A DNA stretch of 64,000 nucleotides from Eledone cirrhosa (lineage: Eukaryota): assembly GCA_964016885.1 (NCBI GenBank), contig OZ024743.1, forward strand, positions 248,248,001 to 248,312,000, written 5' to 3'. The position numbers and the translations under genes were made by a program. Position 1 is the stretch's first letter. Every line of letters starts with the position of its first letter. Below are positions 13,924 to 26,885 of the stretch, piece by piece. The notes beneath the pieces were generated by a model. The model was not told where the DNA came from, searched no databases, and worked only from the letters and a program-made list of their open reading frames with translations.

Positions 13924-14357
13924 CCTTCATAAATCTTAGAACGGAAGCAAATAAAGTATCTGGAATGAAATTCGAATTAAATCAAAGAATTTATAACACC
14001 TTTAGTCGGCAAATTCTCAACGGCTTCACATATTCTACACTTTCTACACTTCCTAGGATTTCTGCTGTTTGGGCTGAGTCAATTGTGGAATTGGAAAATG
14101 CTAAAAAATATACCATATTAAAGAAAAAAATCAAATCTATGGGTATGGGCGGCAAATTTACTCACAAGGCTATTCTGAGTTGTGTAAAAGCTAAAGACAA
14201 CGTTGTTAGCAATACTGCTTCACTAAAATGTCGATTGACCGAGTTCAGAAACTTGCCATTAAGTTTAAATCAGATGAACAGCAAAATAACCCACATGAGG
14301 TACATGAAAACTATACTTGAAAGGGAATTTGAAGAAGTGCTTAACGGAATGGGTTAA
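13924..14357 (+). CDS. HAUS1: HAUS1-like gene, exon 3 (terminal); spliced CDS 789 nt, 262 aa
   Basis: CAG acceptor at 13921-13923; phase 1 joins in frame to ORF 13965-14357. SMGMGGKFTHKAI..LKCRLTEFRNLPLSLNQMNSKI resembles the HAUS1 C-terminus (ARGMDASLSHQSL..LKKKLESYLDLMPNPSLAQVKI). Confidence 0.72.
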
Positions 14358-14518
14358 CCTAAGGGACCGCGAAGCTGATTCTAGATGTTTTAGTGAGGAG
14401 GAGGAAGACGAATTAAAAGAAACGCGCAGGCACATACACCCTCTCCCCCTTTCTCTTTTTCTAATTCTCTCCTTCTTTCTTCCTCTTCCTTGACCCCATC
14501 CATCTCTTCTATTTTAAT

Positions 14519-14524
14519 AATAAA
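14519..14524 (+). promoter_or_regulatory. Candidate polyadenylation signal of the HAUS1-like gene
   Basis: AATAAA ~160 nt after the stop codon. Confidence 0.4.
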
Positions 14525-14792
14525 AGGGAAATATTTATGGTTTGTTCTCGCACCCCTGTTATTTCGACTTCATAAAGGGAATTTATTTTTTAAATGTGTA
14601 TATCACTCGTAAAGGTGTTAATTGATTATACTTGTTCATTAAGAACTATACCTTTTCATCAGGGCCGGATCAAACCAATTGGGGTCTCTGGGCTAGAGAA
14701 CACTTTGTTGCGTGTACATACCACGTGTGTTATTCTTCAATGCGGGGATGCAGATAGAAGTAACTAAGTGAAGATGCGAGTCCAACACCCTA

Positions 14793-14900
14793 ACTTAGTG
14801 ATTAGGGTGATGGACTCGCATCTTCAGGTCGTGGGTTCGATTCCTGGACCGGGCTGAGCGTTGTATTCTTGAGCAAGACACTTCATTAAATGTTGCTTTT
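14793..14900 (+). mobile_element. tRNA-derived SINE head
   Basis: A-box-like CTTAGTGATTAGG, B-box GGTTCGATTCC, then TTGTATTCTTGAGCAAGACACTTCA. Confidence 0.65.
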
Positions 14901-15505
14901 TATAAGACTGGGGAGTCTATAATTAAAACACCCAAGATACCTCCTATAAGATGCAACTTCGTATGAGGGCAGCTAAACCTGCATAGGTATGAACTGTAAA
15001 TTTCATTTTTCATTTCATTTATATTACAACCCAATTCCACTGCTTGGCTTTAGGAACGGTGACCAAGTAGGGCGTAGTATCCCCCCACCTGAATAATGCC
15101 GTTGCCCCTACTAGTTCTTTGATGACAAACAATATTTGGTACTGCTAGTCTTGCACTATTTATGTCGCCAAATGCGTCAGTGTATAATTAAATTGGGTCG
15201 AGGACCTCTGCACTATGAGACACGGCTGTAGCCCTCTTAGCCTATAATTATACCCGGTACTATTTTAAACAAGTGGGTGGATAAGATGTATGGTGTCAGT
15301 AATTGTATTTGTTGTTGATTGAGCTTCCACTTTATCTGTAAATCGATTTGTTGTTGAATTAAAAAAATAAATGTATTCATTGTTGTTGAATAAAAAATAA
15401 ATTTATTCGTTGTGAATTTTTTTTTTTTTTTCCCTCAACTAATAACATACTGGTTCCGAAAATTTGTAAGTTTTGAAAAGGATGTAACACAATTAAAATA
15501 GTAAA

Positions 15506-17113
15506 TACCCTGTTTTCTCCCATTATAAACTACCCCCGAAAATAAGCCGGAGCACTATATTTCAGGATGGATTTAATATAAGCCATGCCCCGAAAATAAG
15601 CCGTAGCAAAAATGAACGCCTAAAGAAAGAAACGGCCAGCTATGAAAATTGGCGCAATCAGCCATTATAGAACAGGATTGTATCTTAATGTAAAACTAAC
15701 TGATAAGCGGGTGTATAAGAAGTTTGTGGAATGCGCGGAAGTGAAAAAATGAATAATGAAATTAACGAAAGGAAAGGGGGAAGTGCGTGCAATCAATATT
15801 GTTTATGCAAATGCGGGTACAAACCGGAAGTAATGGCTTATCAGTAACTTCAGGGGAGAAGATCATTTTCAGCTCTATACAACACGAAAGGAAGGAAGAG
15901 TTATACAGTCGAGTACAAGAAAGGAATTGTGAAGGAATCACTGGGCAAGAATCTTACTATTTTCTGCAAAGAAAAGAATCTGGATCTCCGAATGGTTCAA
16001 CGATGGAGAATGGACTACGATAAACTCAGTTAGGACATGGATGAGGGAGAAATGCAAAGAAACGTAAGCATGGATCTGGTCGACAACCGATATTTCTTGA
16101 GCTGGAAGACGCCATCTGTGAATGGATTGCTGAAAGAAGAGCCAGAGCTTTGGTTGTTCACAGGGCTGATATTCAAACACTTGCCCTTACAAATGCACTA
16201 GAGTTTGGTATCGTTCCAGAAGAATTCAAAGCAGCCAAACACTGGCTGGATAATTTCCTTCAGCTACACGAATTTTCTCTGAGAAGATGGACAACACTGT
16301 TCAAACTGGACGATACTGAGATTATTAAACGTGCATTCGCATTTAAGCCTTTTGTTGATGGAATAGACTTTTCTAACTACCCCCCCCCCCCCCCTCTCCA
16401 ACATGATTGCTATGGATGAAACAGCAGTATTCATGGGTCAAAGCTCTCAATCTACAATTGATCAAAGGAGTGCGTCGTCAATTTACATTCCATCCACTGG
16501 TTACGGAAGTGCATGAGTTACGTGTATCTTGGCAATTAGTCTCGACGGAATCAAACTCTTATCATCACTAAAGGCAAGAAAGATAAAATTGAACACGTTT
16601 CAGGCATCTGTATTCTGGAAACTGAAAAGGCGTGGTGCACACGGGCAGTTTTAAGGAAGTGAGTCGATTTCATGCTGCCATTGATTTTGCGTGGAACCCA
16701 AAGAGGTCTCATAGTCTGGGATTCAGCCAGCACGCACCGCGCCAAAGATAGGAAGAATCGATCAAATCATGATTCCCGCAGGAATGACCGCCTATCTCCA
16801 GACACTTGACATCGCACTGATTTGGAAAACAATGACATTCCAGAACAGGATGACATGATTAAATTAGTGGATTATTTCGCTCATGAGTTTTTGAATTAAA
16901 GGGTGTGTTAATTTTTAATAAATTTGATCTTTCAAGTAAACGTTATGCGTAAATGCCGATTGTTTTTCCGTAATTTCCAATCATTTAGCGAATTTGTAAT
17001 TTTCAGTTTCGTAGTGTCGTTTTTTCGGTATATGAACCCCCTCCCCCGAAAATAAGCCGTAGTGGTACATTTCGGAGTAAAAAGCCATGGCTTATAATCG
17101 GAGAAACATGGTA
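15506..17113 (+). mobile_element. Decayed pogo/Tigger-like Tc1-mariner DNA transposon
   Basis: TA-flanked TIRs TACCCTGTTTTCTCCCATTATAA ... TTATAATCGGAGAAACATGGTA; CENP-B-type HTH (FKAAKHWLDNF..FSLRRWTT) and DDE-like remnants (MDET, VWDSA..H). Confidence 0.8.
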
Positions 17114-18999
17114 CGTAGTATATAATGCAAATAAAAAAAAAATAAAAGTACATAAAAACAAACTTTTCTTTAAATACTTTCATTATGTAAACGTGAAGAT
17201 GTAATTTAAAGGAAAATACTTCCGTTCTTTAGATTAATGAATGTAAAGATTGAATCTGAGAATAATCAACAAAGGGTATTAGAAATAAAGATTCCGCGAA
17301 GAACTGTTCAGTATATAGACATACAAGACAGATAATATAGAAAACAATTGTTTAAATCTATTTCCTATATCGATTATGTCTCTAATATTCTTCCATACTT
17401 AACGATTCCTAAACGTCAATTTTCGTCAAGTATGTCTTTTATTTTATTATTAATTAAAAAAAAAAAAAATAATAGTTCTTATGATATGTAAATCGGTTGG
17501 TTTTTGTAAGATTTATCATGAAAACACGACCAAAGAATATAATTCTAAAAATAACTCCTTGAAACTTACACGAAACATTTATAACCGATGTTTTCTTGTT
17601 AGACGCAAACTGTAACCACCTATTTTCATAAGACGTATGGAATTCAACAGAGAATAATATAGCATATATTATAAAGAATATATAGCATTCAATTACAGTA
17701 ATGGTTTAGGCGGGAGTTAAACATAATTTCAGGTAAATGACAGCAGTGAGATTCATTTGTTGAAAACAGCAAACTATGTAGGTAGGTAAATAGCATCTGA
17801 GAGAGAGAAACGGAATCTAAGTTATTAATGACAGGTGTTATTTTAGTTTTAAAGTAAGTACCCGCCCATCTTCCTCTTAGAGTTAGTGGGCAGGGAATGG
17901 TAGCATATATTTTTTGGCCACCCTCTCTTTACAATCAAGGGATTTGATTTTTATTGAAGTGGTGGCGGTATGGTTTCGACATTTTTAATCTAATTTTTCT
18001 TTACACCCACGAATAGCAGCTTAGTAGCACATGGCACTTTATAGATTGCGATGTATGTAAATGATTTAATCTCTTTTACGTGTTAGGGAATTTAATAGCA
18101 GCTTTATATATATATATATATTTATATATATAAACCCAGAATGTACACAATTTTGTTAGTAAATAAACGGCATGGGTGGGTAATGATAGTTGTCTGTGTG
18201 TGTGTATGCATATATATTATATGTGTGTATGTGTGTGTGGTTGACGAGCGAAAGAAAATAATACTCTATACTGAAGTAGACTTTAAATATTCATTATTAT
18301 GGCTAAGTAGTGAGTCTTGTTACTCTGGTGTTTCACCTGCGAGTGTGCAGTTGTAACTCCCGAGTATCGACACTCCCTACATAGCCATAATAAATGTGTG
18401 TGTGTACAGGGTGAGTCATAAGTAACCGAAGTCCAAATGATATTTACTAAAAACTCTGGTCATACAGTACAAAAAATAATAGTTTAAAAAATATGAGTAA
18501 AGTGTTCGAAAAGCTGACTGCGTTCCTCAATACATTCTGAAGCGGATGTTCAAAATAGTTCCTGTGTACATTGCAATAAAAATGCATTGACTGCTGGGTT
18601 ATTTATACCCAGTATTTTATATGTATATATATGCACACACATATAATATAGATAGATAAAATGTTACTATCTGAGACTAGTGAAACCATTATTCAACGTA
18701 GTACTCCGTTTGAGCTTGACTGTTGGTTTCTTCACCCTTTAATAATAATAATAATGGTTTCTACTATGAGCACAAGACCAGCAATTTTTTTTTGGGGGGT
18801 GGGGTCGATTAGATCAACCCAGTGTGTCACTGGTACTTTATTTTATCAACCCCGTGTGTGTGTGTATTTATATTATTTTAAATTAGAATTCCGTTTCAGT
18901 GAAAAATGTTATGAAAAGGATGTCGCTAAAAATAAATTGTTCACAATTTTTCTCATAAGACATATTCTTCATTCTTTATTTATCCAAGTTGCTGTTTAA

Positions 19000-19218
19000 C
19001 CCTTTTGACACTGGAACCGGATATATGATACAAAGCTGCTTATTTAAAAGTGTTTATATTTATCTATATAGTTTTATGTAAGAATATTTACGTTTGAAAC
19101 ATCATCCTAATAAAGAAGGTTGTTATTTTACTAAACCTCTCCAAATTCTTGACTGTTTTTCAAAATATTTTGAATTTCATAAGCGGCGTCTTTGATTAGA
19201 AATATATTAATGAAAGGG
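19000..19218. mobile_element. piggyBac-type MITE
   Basis: TTAA|CCCTTT ... AAAGGG|TTAA: TTAA TSD with CCC/GGG ends. Confidence 0.65.
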
Positions 19219-20654
19219 TTAAGTGAGTCCGTCATACACGTGATTGTCACCCTGTAAACGAAAATCTGCTGTCAGATGTTTGCTTCGTATACATAGTTGC
19301 ACACCTGGTTACTCTTGTGAGCAAGTCAGTCGCATTTCCATCGTTAGTAGCAGACAGCTACTAGTTTCAGCCAATCACTTGTTGGTACCCTACTTCAAAC
19401 CAAAACTATTCTTTCCTCATTTGGTGCTTTCAAAAGATAACCTGGGCGTCAGCTCGTTGGCATTTTCTGTTTCTATGGCAATGAAGTGAAATCGGTACGG
19501 TTATCTAATTGTCTAATTGCTTTTCCTTTTTTAGCATCGAATATTATTAGCAGTTCTATTTCTCTGCCTGATCCTACAGATTATTATTCTTCTAATGCTT
19601 AAGACTAAAACCTTACAAAGATTTGTACCGCAATTTCTGAAATAACTTAAATAGATCTTTAAACTTTACTAGCGTGGTAGCTTGGTTAACCATTTCATAA
19701 CAGGTTTTTCTTTTTAATATATAAATTTGGAACCAACTATTTATGTATTGGATATAGACGAAACTAAAGTAGTTAATGTTTATTTAAACTTTCATATCTG
19801 CAGGTTCTTATGTACTGAGTATGTATTTGTTTTACTTTGATACAGTACAAAAATGGAAGAATCTTACGCAATGTTAGTAGGCTCGAAGATGAAATTATTT
19901 TGAGACTTTAATGTTGTTATTATTGTTTCATGGCACTTCTTTATTCTGTCCGCCGGGGCCACGGAGCGACCAGCGCGTGGGCCCCCATTTACTCATAATA
20001 GTGAAAGATGGCGAGAGCGGGAGAGACGGAGGCAGTGACAGCGGGAGTTTGGTTCCTTTGTTTTCGGACCTGGTCTACATCCATGTTTCACAGACACATA
20101 AAACGCGTCAACTAATCGTTGGTGTTGGCTTTTTAATCAAGGGTTTTTGTGTTCACTTTCCTACATATTCAACATTTGCGGAATTTGCCACTTCTTTATC
20201 AGAGAGGATATTTTCGATATGGTCAATTCTATTACTATTAGTTATTTTTACTATTAGTTATTTTACTGAACCAGTGGGAGATATAGCGGAGTCGATCCGT
20301 CGAACGAAGTGGACCTCTTGCGGTTTCGACAACGGGTGCTCTAGTTGTTCAGTCAACGGAACAGCCTGTTCAAGGCTGTTCCGTTTATGTGGTTGAGCAT
20401 CCCACAGCCACATGTATCCTTAACGTAATTACAAGTACAGCCCATCAAACGGACTCCCAAACAGTTTTCATTTACCCACAAGGCCTGGGTCAACTCGAGG
20501 CTATGGTAAATGACACTTGCTGAAGATGTCACGCTGTGGGATCGAACTCAGGACGCAATATAAAACGGCAGGCAGTAAAATCAAAGCGAATTAAAGTGAA
20601 AAGAAATGAAAGGTACCTGATTGTACGCCTTTTTGAAAACTTTTATTTTTATTG

Positions 20655-20850
20655 ATAAACTTCTTCTTCTTCTTGGGACGGCCGTAGAGACATCAGACAA
20701 GCCTTCCAGTGGCAGTGAGACCGATCGATGTTATTCAACCATCTTACTCGTGGTCTACCTCTGGGTCTCCTGCCAACTGGTAGGAGGCCCAGAGGTAGAC
20801 CAGGCAACTCCATTTCGGCCGCTTGTATTCGGGATCGTATTCTTTCGATC
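20655..20850 (-). mobile_element. RTE-like LINE 3' end fragment
   Basis: GRRPRGRPRVRW motif followed by a (GAA)n tail. Confidence 0.5.
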
Positions 20851-21024
20851 ATTACCCAAGATATATAGGGATAGGCACGAATGCAGAACTGAATATAGCG
20901 AGTTTGGCTTTTACACCTACTTCCTTTCTTTTTATCGATAAACTGAAAGATTTATTTGAGAAATGTTTTTTATTTTTTGTCGTCGTATTTTGTTATTCAT
21001 ATAGCAAAACAAAGTCAATTAGAC

Positions 21025-21402
21025 CAGGCATGTTAAATAGGCGGCCCGCGATTCGCATGCGGCCCTTTGCAAACACACCTGCAGCTCTTTACAAGCGCAC
21101 TTGCGACCCGCACAAAGGTTTTTACAGTGCGCAATTAGTTGTGCGTGGCCATCAGACAACATATGTGTGACCCATGGGCCTGAATTAGACAATATCATTT
21201 TTTTCATTTCAGTCTCTCATCTTGGGCGTTAAGCGCCATAGGCTTGCCTTATGTGTATAATTGAGAGCAAGGAATCACTTAGTAGAATATAAAAATGTTA
21301 GTCGAGTGTCAAAAGTAATGTTTATATAACAATGACTTTACGCACCCCATAAAAGCCATAAAGGGCCGTATGCAGTGAAAGTGCCTCAGATTGACATATC
21401 TG
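21025..21402. mobile_element. hAT/Charlie-like MITE
   Basis: CAGGCATGTTAA ... TTGACATATCTG imperfect TIRs; subterminal GCGGCCC motifs. Confidence 0.5.
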
Positions 21403-21926
21403 ATTTATAGGAATTTTAAATCGACCTCAGTGCTTGACTGAAAGATAAAAGACAAAAATAACCTCGGCAGAATTTGAATTTCAGAACGTAAAAGATCGTC
21501 GAGGTCGGAATCCAATAGTTTTCGCAGCTGTTGGTGAGAACGGGCTTTTGTTGTTGTTGCTGGCGTTGCCATTGTTGTTGCTGCTGTTGATATTTTGTTG
21601 TCGTTTTGTTGTTGTTACTGTTTAACAAAGGCCCAAATATTATGGGGTCACATTTTTAGAAGGGGGAGTCTGACACCTTAATTAACGTTTTTGACAAAAA
21701 TCAAGGAGTAAAACTTTTTAAAACAAGGGCAAAAATAACAAAATTACTCGAGCCGATATGAACACGTCCGTCGCAAATGACAAACAAAATAACAATAATA
21801 ATGATTTCTAAGGCCAACAATTTTGGGGTGAGGGGAAGTCTATTTAATCGACCCCAGTGCGTTACTGATACTTTATTTTATCGACCCTTAAGGATGAAAG
21901 GCAAAGTTAACTTCGGTGGAATAATG

Positions 21927-21955
<29 letters not shown>

Positions 21956-21957
<2 letters not shown>

Positions 21958-24900
21958 TTTAATTTATTGGTCACAAGGGCCGACATGTAGGGGACAATAC
22001 AAAGACAGGGACAGTGGGGGTTTACAATAAGGTCGAGTAAAAGTGCACAATGGCAAAACTAATTTAACAATGAAGATATAAAAATATAAAATAAACTATG
22101 CATAAATATAACAAAATAAATTCCCCGATAGGGGGTGGACGACCCTGGGGTGACTCGGGTACCCCACCAATCCTGAACCACCCTGCGCTTCTAGGGCACC
22201 CAGGGAGAGCACCCCTCTCCTCAAGTTAGCTAGCCTATAGGCGCATAGTCAGAGTAGGCCCATTCACACGAGCCATTCTCGCCACATTCATCCACCTTTT
22301 AGAAAATGTACTGGGGGGCAGCACTTCTCTCTCCACCCTCACCCTCCTTTCCAGGTGAAACTTGAAGAAGTTGATGAGGGATTGGCCGAAGAGAAAAGTG
22401 TCTGTCTTCAGTCCTTTTAATCTGGTCCACCATATAACCTCTTTCGCAACTGCCACCAGACAGAGGAAAATTTCCTGCTCTTCCTGACCTAAGGAAGGTG
22501 ATGAATCGATCTTCACTGTGGACTCGGCCGATAGCCGGATTCGTTCCACACGAGACAGTAGCTGTTCGACATAACTCCACAAGTCAGTAATGCACGAACA
22601 TTGGACAAGTGTGTGCAGAACGGTTTCGTCGTTCTGTGCACATCTTGGGCAGGTCCGTCTGACAGCACTTCCGTGCCTGTAGAGTTTATCCCGAACCGGC
22701 AGTGCCCCCCCCCCCCCCGGTAGCACTGCCAAGCGAGGGATTTCTGGAAATTGTCCATCGTCCCCGGCTCGAAAGTCCTCCGGTACAGACTGGTCAGTTC
22801 GACTTCGTCGAGGCCCAAAGCTTCTCCGAGTGCGTCATCGCACTTGCCCACCACTAATCCTCTATAGAATTCAAGAGTAGAAGTTCCACTGATCGCATTG
22901 CCCGCTTGGTAGAGGGCAGTGAGTGCCTGGCAACATTCCAGGTGCCAGTCACCCAGTTTCGGTCTCTTCTTGACCCAGGACTGCAGCTCAGTCAAAGAAA
23001 TGAGCTGCGGAAAGGCCCGTCTGATAAACGGCGACCACACCTGTTCACCGTTGAGGCAGAATATCTGGAGATGTCGCAGCCTCAACGCATGTCTGCGCAT
23101 CATTAGCCACGGCATGCCCAGCCCTCCGCGTAGAGGGTGCTGGCAGCAGATGGACCGCCTCACTAACGGAACTTGTCCCCTCCACAAGAATTTGAAGAGG
23201 AGCCGTTGAACTTGACGAGGCGCGGACGGTCAGGCGGTAGTAGATGACGAACGCGATGTACGCATTCGCCACCTCCGCGCGACCTTTCAGTGATAGCTTC
23301 CTCCAAGCCCATTTTTGGGTGAGACTGGCTACTCTGCTCGTTACCTCGTCCCAATTCTTTTCCACCTGGAGGTCTGGTCCGAACCAAACCCCGAGCAACT
23401 TTACCGGTCCGTCCGTCCAGCGCCCCACGACGCTGTTGGACGGCATGGGCTTGCCTCTCCAGGTTCCTAGCTGCAAGCCCACCGACTTTTCCGGGTTAAG
23501 TTTGGCTCCTGTCAACCTTTCATATTCCTTCAATAAGGTGCCGACCACCTCGATTTATGAGGTGTTCGACACCATCACGGTGATGTCGTCCGCATAAGCC
23601 GACACCGCCTTTCCACGCCCCGGTTCGAGCGGGATGCCCTGCAACAGCTTCAGCTTCCGCAGTAAAGGCTCGAGAGTCAATACGTACAGAAGGGAAGAGA
23701 GAGGGCACCCTTGACGGACCGATCGGGAGAGCCGAAATGGTTCCGAGAGGTGGCCATTAACCTTGACCACCGATCCTGTACCGCTGTGCATTGCAGCGAT
23801 CCAGCTTCTGAAGACAGGGCCGAAGCCAGCTGCTTTGAGGACAAACTCCAGATACCGATGGTCGACCCTATCGGATGCTTTCGATTGATCTAAATTGATC
23901 AGTGCCCCACCGAAGCCAGGTTTACACCCTACCCTCTCTATGATGTATCGCATGAGGTGGAGATTGTCGTGTATGGACCTGGCTGGGATTGCGCAAGTTT
24001 GCGCCTCCCCAACCAAATCCTCGACGACAAGCGCCAATCTCTTTGGTAACACCTTGGCCAAAATCTTAAACTCTGTGTTGAGCAGAGTTATGGGCCTGAA
24101 GTTGTCTAATGTATCCCTCTTGTTCTCGTCTTTCCTTATCAGCGTCACCACTCCCCTGCTCACAGAACTGGGAATACTCCCATTCTGCTGCCGGTTGCAG
24201 TAGAGTGCTTCGAGGAGATCGGAGAACAAGTCTGGCATATTTACGTAAAGCTCGTAGGGCAGGCCATCCAAACCGGGTGACTTGCGCCTCATGCAGCCGA
24301 CAAGGGCGTCCTGAATTTCGGTTGAAGTAATCGGCCTTTCGCAGCGCTCAGCGTCGACCGTCGAGATGCGCGGCAAGCCGTCAAGGTAGGGACTGAAATC
24401 CGATACTCTCTCTAACTCGCCACTCTCCCCGAACAACCGAGCAAAGTGCTGGCGAAAGGCCTCACACATCCGCTTGGAATCGCTTATCTCGTGTCCGTCT
24501 CGGTCCGCCAAAGACCGAATTGTGGTTTTATTACCACGCGGGCCTATCGAACAGCTTTGGTTCCCTCGTTTCTCAGAGCACGCGCCTTAGCTCCGACAAT
24601 GCAACCTTCGTGTTTCGCATTGAAGAAATGGTCTAATGCCATCTCTCGCCGCTAGCACGTCAGTTGCAATGCCACTACAAATAGCCTCGTCTAACTTATC
24701 TACCAGCTCCTCCTCCTTTCTATTTTTCTCTAACGTTAGTTCTTTGCTGAACTCTACCGAAGTTACTCTAATCTCTCTTTTGAGAGCCCCCCCCCCCCTC
24801 CCCCGCCCACCATCTGTTGTTGATGAGACCCCCTGTCAACTTTTGCTTAACTAAATTGTTGACTCGGTCCCTGTAAGCCTTACGTGCCGGAAATGACATG

Positions 24901-26340
24901 TACAGTTTCCAATAACCCGGTCCTAACCTACGCGTTTTATCTAGGTCGACCGTACAGGTCACAAATTTGCGAATAGGCGACCGTTTTAAAAAGTGGGCAG
25001 CCTACACTATTTCTATCTGATTTCCTAATGAAGATCCTGTCTATATACGATCTAGATGACCCATTCGGTTGGTCCATGTCCATACTGGCACATTGGGGAA
25101 ATCTAGTCGATACCTGTCAGACAGTTGGAACTGGCTGAGTAGGTGTTTGAGGCTTTTGCACCCCCGCTCCTATCGGCTACTCCCACACAATCCCAGCGTG
25201 CGTCTAAGATGCCATTCCAGTCCCCCGCTAACAGTAAAGGGCGAGAAAGATCTCCAGGCGCCTAAAGAAGTCCAGTCGTCCGGCCCCTGTAGGGGCGTAG
25301 ACGACCAGCAGTCTAAAGGCACCACCTTCGCTACTGCTCACACCCAAGACCACCAACTTACCGTCCGGGTCCCGGAAGATCGACCTTACCTCGAGATCCA
25401 GTCCTTTCCTAAACAGCACTGCCACCCCACCCACATTCCCGGCCTGTTAACAGATGCGAAGATCTGATAGTCGTCGAAAATAGGGGCTAGTGCGCGCGTG
25501 TCGGAAATTCTGGTCTCGCTGACGGCAATCACATCCATTTCCAGCAACCTGAGGTCGTTGAGTAGGCGACCCTGCTTCCAGGGTGACCTCAGGCCGCGAA
25601 CATTTAAACTTCATACTCTTAATACGGCCATGCTGGTAAGCTAAGAGAGAGAGGGAAGGTTTACTTTCCTCTCGGGGTCTTGTGAAGGTCGGGTGGTTCG
25701 ACCTCCATGATTGGTGGGGTTTCTTTTGGGAACCCCTTTAAAAGTCTCGATGTGGGTTTCACATTCGGGGTTCCCACGTCTTGAGGAAAGCTCTCTCGAA
25801 TTTCTTTGAAGGAATTGAGTGACATTCGGACCAGAAGCAAATCTTCTGGCACGCAAAATGTTCTCATTTAAAAAATCTCCCCCTCTGTTTGAATGTCCCC
25901 ACTTCGTGCTAAGAGGGCCATCAGTTTATCGTTGGCCCTTCTGACAAGCACGAAGTTTTTAACATTTTGTTGGTGTGGTTTTATTTGTTTTCGTTTTGGT
26001 GACTGATGGTGATGGTTTTGGTGGTGTTGTTTCGGGTATGTCTGTGTTTGTTGTAGGTGTGGTGTCCGCAATTTCAGATATTTGTGTGTTTATTTGTACT
26101 TGTGTTTGTTTAGGTTGTTTGCGTTTCGGGGATTGTGGGGGTGGTGTCGATGTTGCTATTGGCGCTGATGTTATTGGGGAAGTGTTTGCGTTAGTGGTGT
26201 CTGTATTTTTTGTTGTGTATGTTTTTGTGTTTTGTTGGGCTTTTTTTTTTGTGAGTTTTCTCTGTTTTTTTTTTGCACTTTTGGGTTTTCCTTCATCTTC
26301 GCTGCTGGAAGACAAAGGGTCTGTGGCTGTGAGTGTCTCT
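21956..26340 (-). mobile_element. Tx1-like LINE, 5'-truncated within ORF1, ORF2 broken by many frameshifts
   Basis: Minus-strand fragments homologous to ORF 2808-6239 (PGLDGLPYE, LDQSKASDRVDH, YADD, CPRC); ORF2 ATG at 25631; 3' end abuts (AAT)n. Confidence 0.9.
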
Positions 26341-26344
26341 GTGT

Positions 26345-26832
26345 ATGTTAATACAACATAACAAGGTCTGTTTATTGATAGATATGAGCATCCCATGGGA
26401 TCTCAATATTGCAGCAAAAGAATTTGACAAGCTACGAAAATATAAAGATCTGCTTATTGAAATTGAGAAAATGTGGCACCTCAAGGCCGTTACAATACCA
26501 GTGATTGTGGGAAGACTGGGAATGATCAAGAAAGGAACAGAACAATATTTGTGAATGATTCCTGGTTTACCCTCTCTGCACGAGGTGCAAAAAATTGTTT
26601 TGACTGGTACTGCATACGTATTGAGAAGAGAACTATCTCTGTAAGATTGATATCCCTCCTTGTATTTACATATGCATATGCACATGTGTATATATATATA
26701 TACTGTTTCTTTTTTATTATAATCAATGTGCTGTATTAACTGGCTTACCAATGCACACTGTGAATTTATTTGCCCTAGGTGTCAGGAAGACACTCGGCAT
26801 ATATCTCAGAAACAATAATGAAAGAAAATAAA
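26345..26832 (+). mobile_element. 3' fragment of an R4/Dong-like RLE LINE ending in (AAT)n
   Basis: CLLIDMSIPWD...KLRKYKDLLIEIEKMWHLKAVTIPVIVG is the RLE C-terminus, homologous to the end of ORF 26882-28510. Confidence 0.7.

Positions 26833-26881
<49 letters not shown>

Positions 26882-26885
<4 letters not shown>

Noticed and set aside
14793-14880. tRNA genes here and at 34820
   Set aside because: A/B boxes are followed by a SINE core and no cloverleaf is evident.
19911-20396. 161-aa ORF as a host gene
   Set aside because: No recognisable domain or supporting exon structure; overlaps repeat-like sequence.
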